Notes: generated by a model from the letters alone, not told the origin. 49,724 nucleotides of DNA from Candidatus Iainarchaeum sp. (GCA_017610305.1 JAFCCJ010000002.1:1-49724), one strand, 5' to 3'. Shown: positions 33,166 through 41,594, numbered from the stretch's first letter. A program made the numbers and translations.

Positions 33166-33465
33166 TTAGTCCCCCTTTAGAATTGAATGGATGGTGCGGT
33201 ATTTTTCAACTTCCAGCGGCCACACAATTATTGTGTTACCGGCCTTTTTGGAAACCAGAATTTCTTTTCGGATTAGTTTTTTTAGGTAGTAGGAATATTT
33301 GGTTGATGCCTTGCGCTGTGCCTTGCGTGTTGATATGTCATCGTTCAAATGCTCAGCTATTTCGAGGGCGGAAGTTGGCCAGTTTTCCTTAACAATTACA
33401 AGAATTTCGTTCTCTATTTTTGAGGAAAGGAAAACTTTTTCTGTCATGACCGAAGTTCTGTGCAT
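33166..33465 (-). CDS. Stand-alone wHTH protein of the same subfamily as the four-paralogue array
   Basis: ILVIVKENWPTSALEIAEHL...YSYYLKKLIRKEILV parallels ISILSxxWPLSAxEIYxxL...SYQAVHKIL. Its stop is 1 nt from the V4R start. Confidence 0.55.
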   Translation of the reverse strand: MHRTSVMTEKVFLSSKIENEILVIVKENWPTSALEIAEHLNDDISTRKAQRKASTKYSYYLKKLIRKEILVSKKAGNTIIVWPLEVEKYRTIHSILKGD

Positions 33466-33516
33466 GAAATGTACAATAAACGAGGTTATATATAAATCTG
33501 ATTGAAATAGGCTGGC

Positions 33517-34533
33517 ATGCCAGAATTAAGCTATTTTGGCAGTTATGCGTTAATTTTTAATAAATCAGCCCCCCTATATAGGTGGATGGACAACACATTT
33601 AGCTTTGACCTGCACACCCACCTAAACGAGAAGAAGTTTAAGGCAGATGCATACTGGAAAAGGGTTCTGGAAATTGGTTTGGACGGAACAGCAATTACTG
33701 AGCATGCCGATTTCAGGCCGAAGGAGGCATATGAGGAATTGCTGGCCAAAAAGCCCAAAGGAGTGCTGCTTATTCCGGGAATTGAGATAAATTCTGACAA
33801 GGGGCATATACTCGCCTACTCACATTCCCCGGAAATTTATGAGATTGATGAATTCATGCAAAAGGATGTTCCCCTTGAGGATGTGATAAATCTGGGAAAA
33901 GAGAACAATGTCATGATTTGCATTTCCCACCCGATGGGATTTTCAAAGGACAGCCTGGGGTTCTTTTTCAATGTTAAGGAAGTTGAGGACCTGATAATTG
34001 AGAACAAACTGGGGGTTGAGGTTTACAATGGAATGATAGGGCACCTTAGCAATTTTATTTATGATTCCGCCTGGATAAGAAAGCCGAGGAACTTCCTTGC
34101 GTTTCTCGAGAAGAATATTATATCGAGGAAAATCCGATTGAGTAAAATCGGGAGCAAACTTGGCGAGAAACTAGATAATAAAAGTCTTGAGGTTGTGAAC
34201 AGGTGCGCCTCGGCAATTGAGCTGGGGAATATCGCGGAATTTGTTGTTGCTGGAAGTGATGCCCATTCCGCCGACAGGATTGGCTCAGGCATGATAAAAA
34301 TCAGGCATAGGGACATGGAACTTGATGAGAAGGAACTTCTCAGTAGCCTGAAAAATAAGCAAAATATTGTGTGGAGCGGGCCTTTGGTCAGGGAAACCTC
34401 CCCAGGAGTGTTTGAGAAGATTGAGGACCCCCTTAAAAAGGTGGAGATTGTGCAGGGCCTGCGATATGCGACAACAAAGGTGATTAAGGAAAAGAATCCG
34501 TTGAAAAGACTTAGAAGAAAAAGGAAGGAATGA
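33517..34533 (+). CDS. PHP-domain metal-dependent phosphoesterase
   Basis: FDLHTHLNE, AITEHADF, GHILAY, SHP and GSDAHS motifs. The true start may be the ATG at 33586. Confidence 0.65.
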   Translation: MPELSYFGSYALIFNKSAPLYRWMDNTFSFDLHTHLNEKKFKADAYWKRVLEIGLDGTAITEHADFRPKEAYEELLAKKPKGVLLIPGIEINSDKGHILAYSHSPEIYEIDEFMQKDVPLEDVINLGKENNVMICISHPMGFSKDSLGFFFNVKEVEDLIIENKLGVEVYNGMIGHLSNFIYDSAWIRKPRNFLAFLEKNIISRKIRLSKIGSKLGEKLDNKSLEVVNRCASAIELGNIAEFVVAGSDAHSADRIGSGMIKIRHRDMELDEKELLSSLKNKQNIVWSGPLVRETSPGVFEKIEDPLKKVEIVQGLRYATTKVIKEKNPLKRLRRKRKE

Positions 34534-34534
34534 A

Positions 34535-35137
34535 TTATCCGACAAATTCCAAAAGTTCCCTTACTGAAAGCATTTTCAGGTTGTGCTTTTCTGCTATTTC
34601 TTTCAGCTGTGGGAGCCTTGCCATCTCGCCATTTTCCTGAAGGATTTCTATAATTGCCGCCGCCGGTTTTAGCCCCGCCAGTTTTACCATTTCCAATGAG
34701 GCCTCTGTATGGCCTGGCCTTTCCTTTATCCCGCCATTTCTTGCGACAAGTGGGAAGATATGGCCTGGCTGCATGAAATCATTTTCAGTTGCGGACTCAT
34801 CTGCGAGGAGTTTTATTGTTTTGCTCCTGTCTGACGTGGATACCCCTGTGGAGGTTCCTTCCAAAGCATCTATTGGCTGGGTAAAGGGGGTTCCAAAACG
34901 CGAATTCTTTTTTTCGAGGAGGGTTAAGCCCAGGGCAGATACCCTTGTTTCAGGAATTGAAACACATAAAATCCCTCTCCCATAGCGAAGCATGAAATTT
35001 ACCCTTTCCTCAGTTGCGAATTCTGCCGCAATTACAAAATCCCCCTCATTCTCCCTTTTCTCATCATCTAAAAGAATGATTATTTCCCCGTTTTTGAGGG
35101 CAGATATTGCCCCATTAACCGCATCATTTTCAGGCAT
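34535..35137 (-). CDS. ribB: 3,4-dihydroxy-2-butanone-4-phosphate synthase
   Basis: LLDDEKRENEGDFVIAAE, GTSTGVSTSDRS, PGHIFPL and GHTEASLEMVKLAGLKP are colinear with RibB. Confidence 0.9.
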   Translation of the reverse strand: MPENDAVNGAISALKNGEIIILLDDEKRENEGDFVIAAEFATEERVNFMLRYGRGILCVSIPETRVSALGLTLLEKKNSRFGTPFTQPIDALEGTSTGVSTSDRSKTIKLLADESATENDFMQPGHIFPLVARNGGIKERPGHTEASLEMVKLAGLKPAAAIIEILQENGEMARLPQLKEIAEKHNLKMLSVRELLEFVG

Positions 35138-35173
35138 TTTATAGTTGGGACTGCAAATGAATTTAAAGCAATA

Positions 35174-35596
35174 ATGCCTAAATCCATAATGAACTATTCA
35201 GTTTACCCATATACCCTGGTTTCGGCAATTCCAAAGGATGCCGATTCCATCCATTTGGTGAGGCCTATTCCTGCCAAAAAGTTGAGGGCAATACTGAAAA
35301 AAACAGGGAGCAGGGAAATTACAATTTCAGAATCCTGCGTTCGCAGGCTTAGCGGAAAGGAGAGAAAGGTCATTGAGGAGGCTGGGGCAGAATTGAAATT
35401 AAGGCCGAGGAGGGGAAGGGCTGTTGAATTGCCGCTTTCGAAAATCAGTGAGATTGTTGAACTGCATAGGGACGAAAGGTCATACCGGGAAATAGAGAAA
35501 CTCGCAAGGGTTCCGAAAAGCACGGCCCATTACCTTATTAAATACTCAAACAGAAACAAGCTAAAGCAGGGGAAGAAAACCGTTAACCTGGATTAG
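35174..35596 (+). CDS. Hypothetical basic protein with a C-terminal resolvase-type HTH
   Basis: SYREIEKLARVPKSTAHYLIKY. 140 aa. Confidence 0.5.
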   Translation: MPKSIMNYSVYPYTLVSAIPKDADSIHLVRPIPAKKLRAILKKTGSREITISESCVRRLSGKERKVIEEAGAELKLRPRRGRAVELPLSKISEIVELHRDERSYREIEKLARVPKSTAHYLIKYSNRNKLKQGKKTVNLD

Positions 35597-36108
35597 GAAA
35601 GTGCTTCAACTATTTTTTTTCCGAAATCGTGTGATGCTGCAGGACCGCGGGCGGTGATTATTTTCCCGTCAACAATTACAGGCTCGTCAATGTAGGTTGC
35701 CCCCTTCCCCTCAATTGTTCTGTGCTCTGTCCCGAAAACAGTTGCCCTCTTCCCCTTAAGAATTCCCGCATTTGCAAGAATGCTTGGGGCAATGCAGATT
35801 GCGGCAACAATCTTTTTCTTTTCGAAGAATTCTCTCGCTAATCTTAGGGCTGTTGAGTTGTCGAAGTAAACTGTTGCGCCCCCTCCCCCGACAAAAACAA
35901 TTGCGTCAAAATCCTTTGCCTGAATTTCACCTATTGTGAGGTCTGGTTTTACGGTTCCCCCTAATTTCCCTGTTGCAGTTCCTTTTGTGAGGCTTGCCAC
36001 CTTTGTTTTAATCCCTGCATTGTCCAGTTCTTCCTTGGCTTCAAAGAGTTCCTCATCCCTGAATGCTTCCTGGGCCACCACAAATACTGCCTTTTTCATT
36101 TCATTCAC
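35593..36108 (-). CDS. DJ-1/PfpI-family protein (intracellular protease/deglycase type)
   Basis: DAIVFVGGGG and the nucleophile elbow AAICIAPSILANAG. 171 aa. Confidence 0.8.
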   Translation of the reverse strand: MNEMKKAVFVVAQEAFRDEELFEAKEELDNAGIKTKVASLTKGTATGKLGGTVKPDLTIGEIQAKDFDAIVFVGGGGATVYFDNSTALRLAREFFEKKKIVAAICIAPSILANAGILKGKRATVFGTEHRTIEGKGATYIDEPVIVDGKIITARGPAASHDFGKKIVEALS

Positions 36109-36214
36109 CCTATTATTATTTCTGGGGAGATGTTAATTTAAAATTGAGGTTTGGGGTAGGCTAACGAAAAACAAAGCTTAATTAAGGCTTGGAAACATTA
36201 TAGGATTGGTTAAA

Positions 36215-36532
36215 ATGGGCCTGTTTGAGGAAACCAAGATGAATTTCTTCCGGAAGGGAGCTATGGACAAGGTTAAGTGGATGGAAAATCTTAATAGGAC
36301 CATTCTCCCCAACCAATTGAAAAGGATTCAGCAGAATGATAAACGGGTGTTGCAGGAACTTGTTTTGCCGAAATGGGTTAAATGGGACCTCATATATGAC
36401 TGGGCAAATTCAAGGAAGGTTCCTGAAGGCAGGATGTGCATCCTGTGCAACGACCACAATGAGAATGGAATCGATTTCAAGGAAAAATACATCTGCGAGC
36501 AGTGCTTTTTTAAATTGAAGAATTTGGAATAG
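36215..36532 (+). CDS. Hypothetical protein with a C-terminal CxxC...CxxC zinc ribbon
   Basis: CILCNDHNENGIDFKEKYICEQC. The ATG at 36215 is preferred over the TTG at 36206. Confidence 0.45.
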   Translation: MGLFEETKMNFFRKGAMDKVKWMENLNRTILPNQLKRIQQNDKRVLQELVLPKWVKWDLIYDWANSRKVPEGRMCILCNDHNENGIDFKEKYICEQCFFKLKNLE

Positions 36533-36562
36533 GCTTAAATACTTCTTCTAGTTATTCTAATT

Positions 36563-37324
36563 ATGGGTCGGAGAAGTGGCGGAGGGAGGAGTCCGCAAGA
36601 CCGAAAAGGCGAAGGCAGTTTTCGAAGTAGATGGTGGAAAAAAACCAGAACGACAGATATGCGTGATAAGGACAGGGATACTATTGATGGGAAAAAGGGG
36701 GAACTTGGTGTGCAGATTAGTCGCCCTCGAGGTAATTTACTAACTAACTACTTTTTCCCTCCCAATTCGATGGCTTACTTTGATGAAGCCGGGTGGAGAA
36801 AACACTTTGGCGAAATTTTGAAATTTACCCATTCAAAGGATTTAAGTACCAACTTTGTTTTTATTAAGGCCAGACATGGTTTAGACGTTGGCGGAAAAAG
36901 GAAAACAAAAATAAAGGAGGATTATAGCTTATTTTTAGACCTCGTAAATCATGAACTTATAATGCATTCTGAGATTTTGGCAACCTGCAGGAGCAGGGGA
37001 ATGAATAATGAGGAAACCAGAAAAAAGATGGAGGAATTTGGGATTATTAAAAGAGAGGCGTCTGCCCGATTACGTGAAATGCGGCACTCTTTTGAAGATT
37101 ATGACCTTTTGGTAAAGCATGGAGATCCGGATATGTTTGACCATTTGGATTTGCAGGGGAAATCTACGGGACCGCAAAAATCCCAATATCATTCCGAATA
37201 TCGGGACTGGAGAATAAAGGTTGCAACAGCAGAAACAAACGGCCAATTTGATTTGGCAAAGGATATGGTAGATGAATTTGAGAAAAGGTTGGAAGAAGAA
37301 GGGGGAAAGGGCAAAAAGAAGTAA
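36563..37324 (+). CDS. Hypothetical protein with an RG-rich N-terminus and an acidic/basic helical C-terminus
   Basis: 253-aa ORF. CTTAAATAC lies about 21-29 nt upstream of the ATG. No family recognised. Confidence 0.5.
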   Translation: MGRRSGGGRSPQDRKGEGSFRSRWWKKTRTTDMRDKDRDTIDGKKGELGVQISRPRGNLLTNYFFPPNSMAYFDEAGWRKHFGEILKFTHSKDLSTNFVFIKARHGLDVGGKRKTKIKEDYSLFLDLVNHELIMHSEILATCRSRGMNNEETRKKMEEFGIIKREASARLREMRHSFEDYDLLVKHGDPDMFDHLDLQGKSTGPQKSQYHSEYRDWRIKVATAETNGQFDLAKDMVDEFEKRLEEEGGKGKKK

Positions 37325-37393
37325 CTTCTACATAACCGAATGTTTAAATACTCCGGAACCTATAATATTTACTAGTTATTAGGATGATCCCAA

Positions 37394-37750
37394 ATGTTCG
37401 ACTTTATGCCTCCTCCAAGTGAGGAGTTCAGGAAGAAGCTCTTAGAGGAAGAGCTGAAATTGCGTTCTAAGCAGCCCCAGCACTGGGCTAAGAGCAAATA
37501 CAGAAAATATGCAAAGCTCTTTAAGCCAGCGGAAGAGCCTGAAAAGGAGAAAAAAGCGGTGAAAAAGAAGGCTGTTAAGAAGAAAAAGCCTGTTAAGAAG
37601 GCGAAAAAGGCAGTGAAGAAAAAAATTGTGAAAAAGAAGGCAAAAGTGAAAAAGAAGGCTGTTAAGAAGAAGGCAAAAAAAGCAAAGAAACCGGCAAAAC
37701 GCGGTGCGAAAAAGAAAACTGTTAGGAAGAAAACGAAGAAAAAGAAGTAA
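37394..37750 (+). CDS. Lysine-rich, histone-H1-tail-like / AlgP-like basic repeat protein
   Basis: The C-terminal 65 aa carry eight x-V-[KR]-K-[KA] units (AVKKK, PVKKA, IVKKK, TVRKK...). TTTAAATAC lies upstream. Confidence 0.6.
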   Translation: MFDFMPPPSEEFRKKLLEEELKLRSKQPQHWAKSKYRKYAKLFKPAEEPEKEKKAVKKKAVKKKKPVKKAKKAVKKKIVKKKAKVKKKAVKKKAKKAKKPAKRGAKKKTVRKKTKKKK

Positions 37751-38764
37751 TTAAGTGTATTCCTTTATCCCTGAACTTTTACCGTACTTTTTCTCGAGGA
37801 ATTTATTGGCTAATTCCACGCATTTATCCAAAATCGGGGAAACATCCTCCCCCTCACCATTATAGCCTGCCGCCCCTGCATGGCCCCCGCCTGAGCCACC
37901 CATTTCCTCCCCTAAAGGGATGAAAACATCTTTTGCGAGGTCAAAGCCAGTTGCCTTTACAAACTGGTTATTTGCCCTTCCGCTTATGAGGATTTTTCCA
38001 TTGGTGGAGTCCCCCGCAAATGCGATGTCTGAACCCAATCTAACAAGGGAGGTTGCCGCAGAGGCCTCAAATGCGCCGACATCTGTTGAAACTATCAGAT
38101 GCTCAAAGGACTTGAAAATTTTGCACCTTCTTGCGGCCTTCAATTGCGCAATCTTTTCGGATATATCTGTCTCAATCCTGAAAAGGGAAACTATATCTGA
38201 ATAACTCTTCCCTGAAAGTTCTAACACTTCTGCCATTATTTTAAATGTGGAATGATCCGCCACCAAAAAACCGGCGGAATCTGTTATCACGCCTGCAGCA
38301 ATGCAGGAGGCAATTTCAGGGGTAATTCCTAACTTCATCTTTTTGAACAGTTTGTAAAGCAGTTCGGTTGTTGAAATGGCATCCTCATCAATTAAGCTTA
38401 GTTCCTTTATCGTGAGTTTTTCCCCTGAATCGGTGTGGTGGTCAATCAAAAGAATTGGATTTTTGAATTTCTTTACCCCATTGCGCATGGAGCCCAGCAT
38501 TTCAACAGAGTTAAGGTCAAGGAGAATAAGTGCATCAAATTCCTTGGGATTTGGGTTAATCTCATATGGAATTTTTAGCATTTCAGCCATTTGTTTTGAG
38601 TTGAGATTCAGATGCTCAGGAATTCCAATAGTTATATTGGAATTTTTATGAAAGGCGAAGTAAAGTGCCCCTGCACTCCCCACGGCATCAACATCTGCAC
38701 CTATATGGGTCAGAATAAGAACCTTCTTTCCAAGTATGGATGAAAGAAAGGATTCTGGGTTCAC
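37751..38764 (-). CDS. DHH/DHHA1 phosphoesterase (NrnA/RecJ-like nanoRNase/pAp phosphatase type)
   Basis: HIGADVDAVGSA, LIDHHT and GGGHAGAAG motifs. 337 aa. Confidence 0.8.
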   Translation of the reverse strand: MNPESFLSSILGKKVLILTHIGADVDAVGSAGALYFAFHKNSNITIGIPEHLNLNSKQMAEMLKIPYEINPNPKEFDALILLDLNSVEMLGSMRNGVKKFKNPILLIDHHTDSGEKLTIKELSLIDEDAISTTELLYKLFKKMKLGITPEIASCIAAGVITDSAGFLVADHSTFKIMAEVLELSGKSYSDIVSLFRIETDISEKIAQLKAARRCKIFKSFEHLIVSTDVGAFEASAATSLVRLGSDIAFAGDSTNGKILISGRANNQFVKATGFDLAKDVFIPLGEEMGGSGGGHAGAAGYNGEGEDVSPILDKCVELANKFLEKKYGKSSGIKEYT

Positions 38765-39154
38765 TCAAAAATCACTTTTGGCTGCTTTCTTTGAGCCTTC
38801 GTTTGATGGTTTCTGCGCGGACTCAATGGTCTGTTTTAACTTGTTGAGTTTATCCACAAAGGCATCTTCCTGCTTTTGCAGGGTCTTCACCTTTAAGTCA
38901 GCGGTTTCCTTTTGCGCCTCAATCTCCTTCTTCACTTCCGATGTGTCTGAAAGGATGAGGATATTTCCAACTGCCTTATAGACCTTTTTTTCCTTTGTCT
39001 TTGCCAGCTCATCAAGTGCAGCCTTCAGCGAATTTGCATGGAATGAGAGCTGCTGTTTCTGGTTTCCTACAACCATCATCTGCCCTCTTGTCCTCTCAAA
39101 TTCACTCATCGCACTTTGTAATTCATCTGTCATTGCTAATTCCTCCTGATTCAA
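38765..39154 (-). CDS. pfdB: Prefoldin beta subunit
   Basis: Two coiled-coil arms flank a beta hairpin (KVYKAVGNILILSD), in the conserved position after Pcc1. The start could be the ATG at 39133. Confidence 0.8.
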   Translation of the reverse strand: MNQEELAMTDELQSAMSEFERTRGQMMVVGNQKQQLSFHANSLKAALDELAKTKEKKVYKAVGNILILSDTSEVKKEIEAQKETADLKVKTLQKQEDAFVDKLNKLKQTIESAQKPSNEGSKKAAKSDF

Positions 39155-39389
39155 TCAATTTATCAACCAAAATAACCAATCGCATAAAGACATTGAATGA
39201 TGCCTTAAGCGCTGTTTTGTCTTTCGCATTCACTTTTAAGCTGAGAATGTTTTTATTAATATTCATCGAACTTTCTGAGCGCTTTTCAAATCCCTGCCTC
39301 ATCTCAGGCCTTATCGCATTTGCGGTAATTTCCGCAGACTGCGATGAGGGATAATCAAGCGCAATTTCCAATGAATAACCGTAACTCAA
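39123..39389 (-). CDS. pcc1: KEOPS complex subunit Pcc1
   Basis: LEIALDYPSSQSAEITANAIRPE...LSLKVNAKDKTALKASFNVFMRLV is the Pcc1/CTAG pattern. 88 aa. Confidence 0.75.
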   Translation of the reverse strand: MSYGYSLEIALDYPSSQSAEITANAIRPEMRQGFEKRSESSMNINKNILSLKVNAKDKTALKASFNVFMRLVILVDKLIESGGISNDR

Positions 39390-39393
39390 AAAA

Positions 39394-39531
39394 TTACCTT
39401 GCTTTGACTTCCCTTGTTATCGGGTCTCTGGCCTTAAAAAGGACCTTTGAGGCGCATGCAGGGCATCTTATAACGCCCCCCTTAGGTATCTCATCAAAAG
39501 TGTCCCCACAGTTGAAACATGTATATGGCAT
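39394..39531 (-). CDS. rpoP: DNA-directed RNA polymerase subunit P (Rpo12)
   Basis: Not in the ORF track (45 aa). The reverse strand gives MPYTCFNCGDTFDEIPKGGVIRCPACASKVLFKARDPITREVKAR*. It has a CxxC...CxxC zinc ribbon and sits in the conserved slot next to L37Ae. Confidence 0.85.
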   Translation of the reverse strand: MPYTCFNCGDTFDEIPKGGVIRCPACASKVLFKARDPITREVKAR

Positions 39532-39535
39532 GATA

Positions 39536-40054
39536 TCACTCCTTTTTCTTTTTGGGCTCTTTCTTAACTTTCTTCTCTTTTGCGCCCTTCTTTTCCGCCT
39601 TTTCTTCCTTATCTTCCTTCTTCACCGCTTTCTTTTTGGTGGGTTTTTCCTTCGCAGGCTTTTCTGAAGCCTTTTCCTTCTTTGCCTTTTTCTCTTCTTC
39701 AAGCTCTTTTATGGCCTCTTCTTTTATTTCGTCCTTTATTGAGCGCTGCCCCATAGCCTCTTCCTTTGCCTCAACAAGCTCGGTTTCCATAGGCGTAAAT
39801 GATTTTTGGGTAACCATTTTCTTTATTATAGAGCCGGTCGTTGTTTGCGGAAGATAGGCGCCTCCTGCGAATTTTGCGCCGCACTTTTTGCAGACAAATA
39901 TTCCTGTGCTTTTCCTTTTCACCTTTTTAAAATGGCAAAATGGGCAGGTTTGCGGTTTAAGCTGCCTGTCCTCTACCTTGAGCAACCTCTTCCTTATTCC
40001 TACTCCGTATCTTGAGCCGAAACGGCCTGCACTTCTTACCTTGTCTGTCGCCAT
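39536..40054 (-). CDS. rpl37ae: Ribosomal protein L37Ae (eL43) with an ~80-aa Lys/Glu-rich C-terminal extension
   Basis: GRFGSRYGVGIRKR and zinc ribbon CPFC...CKKCGAKFAGGAY in residues 1-90. Residues about 91-172 are a low-complexity K/E tail. Confidence 0.85.
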   Translation of the reverse strand: MATDKVRSAGRFGSRYGVGIRKRLLKVEDRQLKPQTCPFCHFKKVKRKSTGIFVCKKCGAKFAGGAYLPQTTTGSIIKKMVTQKSFTPMETELVEAKEEAMGQRSIKDEIKEEAIKELEEEKKAKKEKASEKPAKEKPTKKKAVKKEDKEEKAEKKGAKEKKVKKEPKKKKE

Positions 40055-40059
40055 TTATA

Positions 40060-40848
40060 TCACTTAAACAATTTTCTTATGTTTTTAGAGTTTTTGAATG
40101 CTGTATCAATCGCGGTTGAAATCTCTTCTCCGGTAAAGGAACCTGGGCCACCCTTCTGGAAGGCACACATATAGTCATCCTCTGTTGTGGAAACCGAGAA
40201 CCTTGCATCCATTGCATTTTCCTCATCAATTGATGGGTCTGCAATAACCGTTGAACCGATTTTTGCAAATGTGTTAAGAACAGGCTTTCTCTTAATTTTT
40301 AGCTTGCCCTCATACTCCCCATGAATAATTTTGTTGTCCTCAATTTTAGGAATTCTTGCCTCAAGGAGTGCCGACATTGCGGCGATTGAGCACGCATCAA
40401 AGAGATTTCCAGCATGATTTATTGTGTAGCCGTCAATAAACGCGACCAACACTTTCTCCCCTTCCACAAGGCATAAATCCTTGAAATCCAAGGTTTTACT
40501 TTCCCTGATGCCCCTGTCCACAACTCTTGAGAGTTCAATTGCTGCTTCCCTTGGGGGGCCTGTCTCAAAATAGCGCGATGCTAAAGGCAGGAGTTCAACC
40601 CCGACTGAAATTGACCCCTTATCGGGTGAATCAGGATATGGCTCGCCGACAATCATTTTCACGCCTGACATTACATCTGTATCTCCAAGTCTTACCCTGG
40701 CAGACCCATCGGCATTGTCACTAATATTGTTCTCAATTGTTATTTTCCTGTATTCATCCATCTTTCTTCCGTCAAGCCTTCTGCCTGCCTTTATTTCGGC
40801 GGCAACTTTATTGCTTTTCAGTTCTGATAAAATATCTATAGATGTCAC
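40060..40848 (-). CDS. rrp42: Exosome complex component Rrp42
   Basis: RNase PH-like fold (RLDGRKMDEYRKI). GTGA overlap with rrp41. Conserved operon position. Confidence 0.85.
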   Translation of the reverse strand: MTSIDILSELKSNKVAAEIKAGRRLDGRKMDEYRKITIENNISDNADGSARVRLGDTDVMSGVKMIVGEPYPDSPDKGSISVGVELLPLASRYFETGPPREAAIELSRVVDRGIRESKTLDFKDLCLVEGEKVLVAFIDGYTINHAGNLFDACSIAAMSALLEARIPKIEDNKIIHGEYEGKLKIKRKPVLNTFAKIGSTVIADPSIDEENAMDARFSVSTTEDDYMCAFQKGGPGSFTGEEISTAIDTAFKNSKNIRKLFK

Positions 40849-41594
40849 TTTGCCACCTCCTTTACCTTGACGTTCTCATATTTTTTCTTGAGTGCCTCTT
40901 TCTGGACCTCGTAGACCTTCTTGCTTGCCTCAATGCCCATCTTTAACGCCTTGTCCCACTCCTTCCTTGTGAGCAGGCCGTCCATCTGGAGCAAAACCAG
41001 TTCTTCAGAATTTGGCAGTATTGCGAGGGGAATATCTACTGCATCATCAGCATCTTCCTCATCTTTATTAAGGTCGACGAGCAAATGCCCATCAGCTTTT
41101 CCTACTCCGACTCCTGCAACCAGATCCTTCATTGGAATGCCTGCATCTGCGAGGGCAACAGCTGCTGCAACTAATCCTGCAACCCTTGTTCCTGCATTGG
41201 AGTCTATTATTTCAATATCAATATCTATTTCTGTTCCGGGAAACCTCTCAACAAAAATTGCTTTCTCGAGTGCCTCTCCTGAAACTTTTGAAATTTCTAT
41301 CTCCCTTCTCGCCGGCCTTGGATTCTTCCTGTCCGGAACTGAAAAGGTCGCCATGCGATAATTACATTTTATTACTGCCTTATATGGATTTTGCGTGTGC
41401 TTGGGCAAACACTCTTTAGGCCCGTAAACACTTACAATAACCTTATTCTGGCCCCACTCTAAGGACGCAGAACCATCTGCATTGGGAATGACTCCTGCCT
41501 CAATCTTCAAAGGCCTTATGTCATTAACCCCTCTTCCGTCAATTCTCTTTCCTTTCTTATCCACTAAAACTTTTGTCTCATTCTTCTTAGCCAA
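40845..41594 (-). CDS. rrp41: Exosome complex exonuclease Rrp41 (RNase PH-type catalytic subunit)
   Basis: RIDGRGVNDIRPLKIEAGV...ADGSA...GTRVAGL motifs. TTG start overlaps the end of rrp4. Confidence 0.85.
   Translation of the reverse strand: MAKKNETKVLVDKKGKRIDGRGVNDIRPLKIEAGVIPNADGSASLEWGQNKVIVSVYGPKECLPKHTQNPYKAVIKCNYRMATFSVPDRKNPRPARREIEISKVSGEALEKAIFVERFPGTEIDIDIEIIDSNAGTRVAGLVAAAVALADAGIPMKDLVAGVGVGKADGHLLVDLNKDEEDADDAVDIPLAILPNSEELVLLQMDGLLTRKEWDKALKMGIEASKKVYEVQKEALKKKYENVKVKEVAK

Noticed and set aside
37540-37745. Repetitive AAGAAGGC/GTTAAGAAG DNA, considered as a possible tandem repeat or CRISPR-like array.
   Set aside because: The repeats are short, imperfect and continuous, with no unique spacers. 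They stay in one reading frame encoding Lys-rich units, so this is coding low complexity and not an array.
39344-39857. The + strand ORFs 39344-39667 and 39552-39857.
   Set aside because: They are antisense to RpoP and to the L37Ae K/E tail. Their Phe/Leu/Ser-rich translations are the complement of Lys/Glu codons.
40921-41419. The + strand ORFs 40921-41361 and 41132-41419 inside rrp41.
   Set aside because: They are antisense shadows of a strongly supported RNase PH-type gene.
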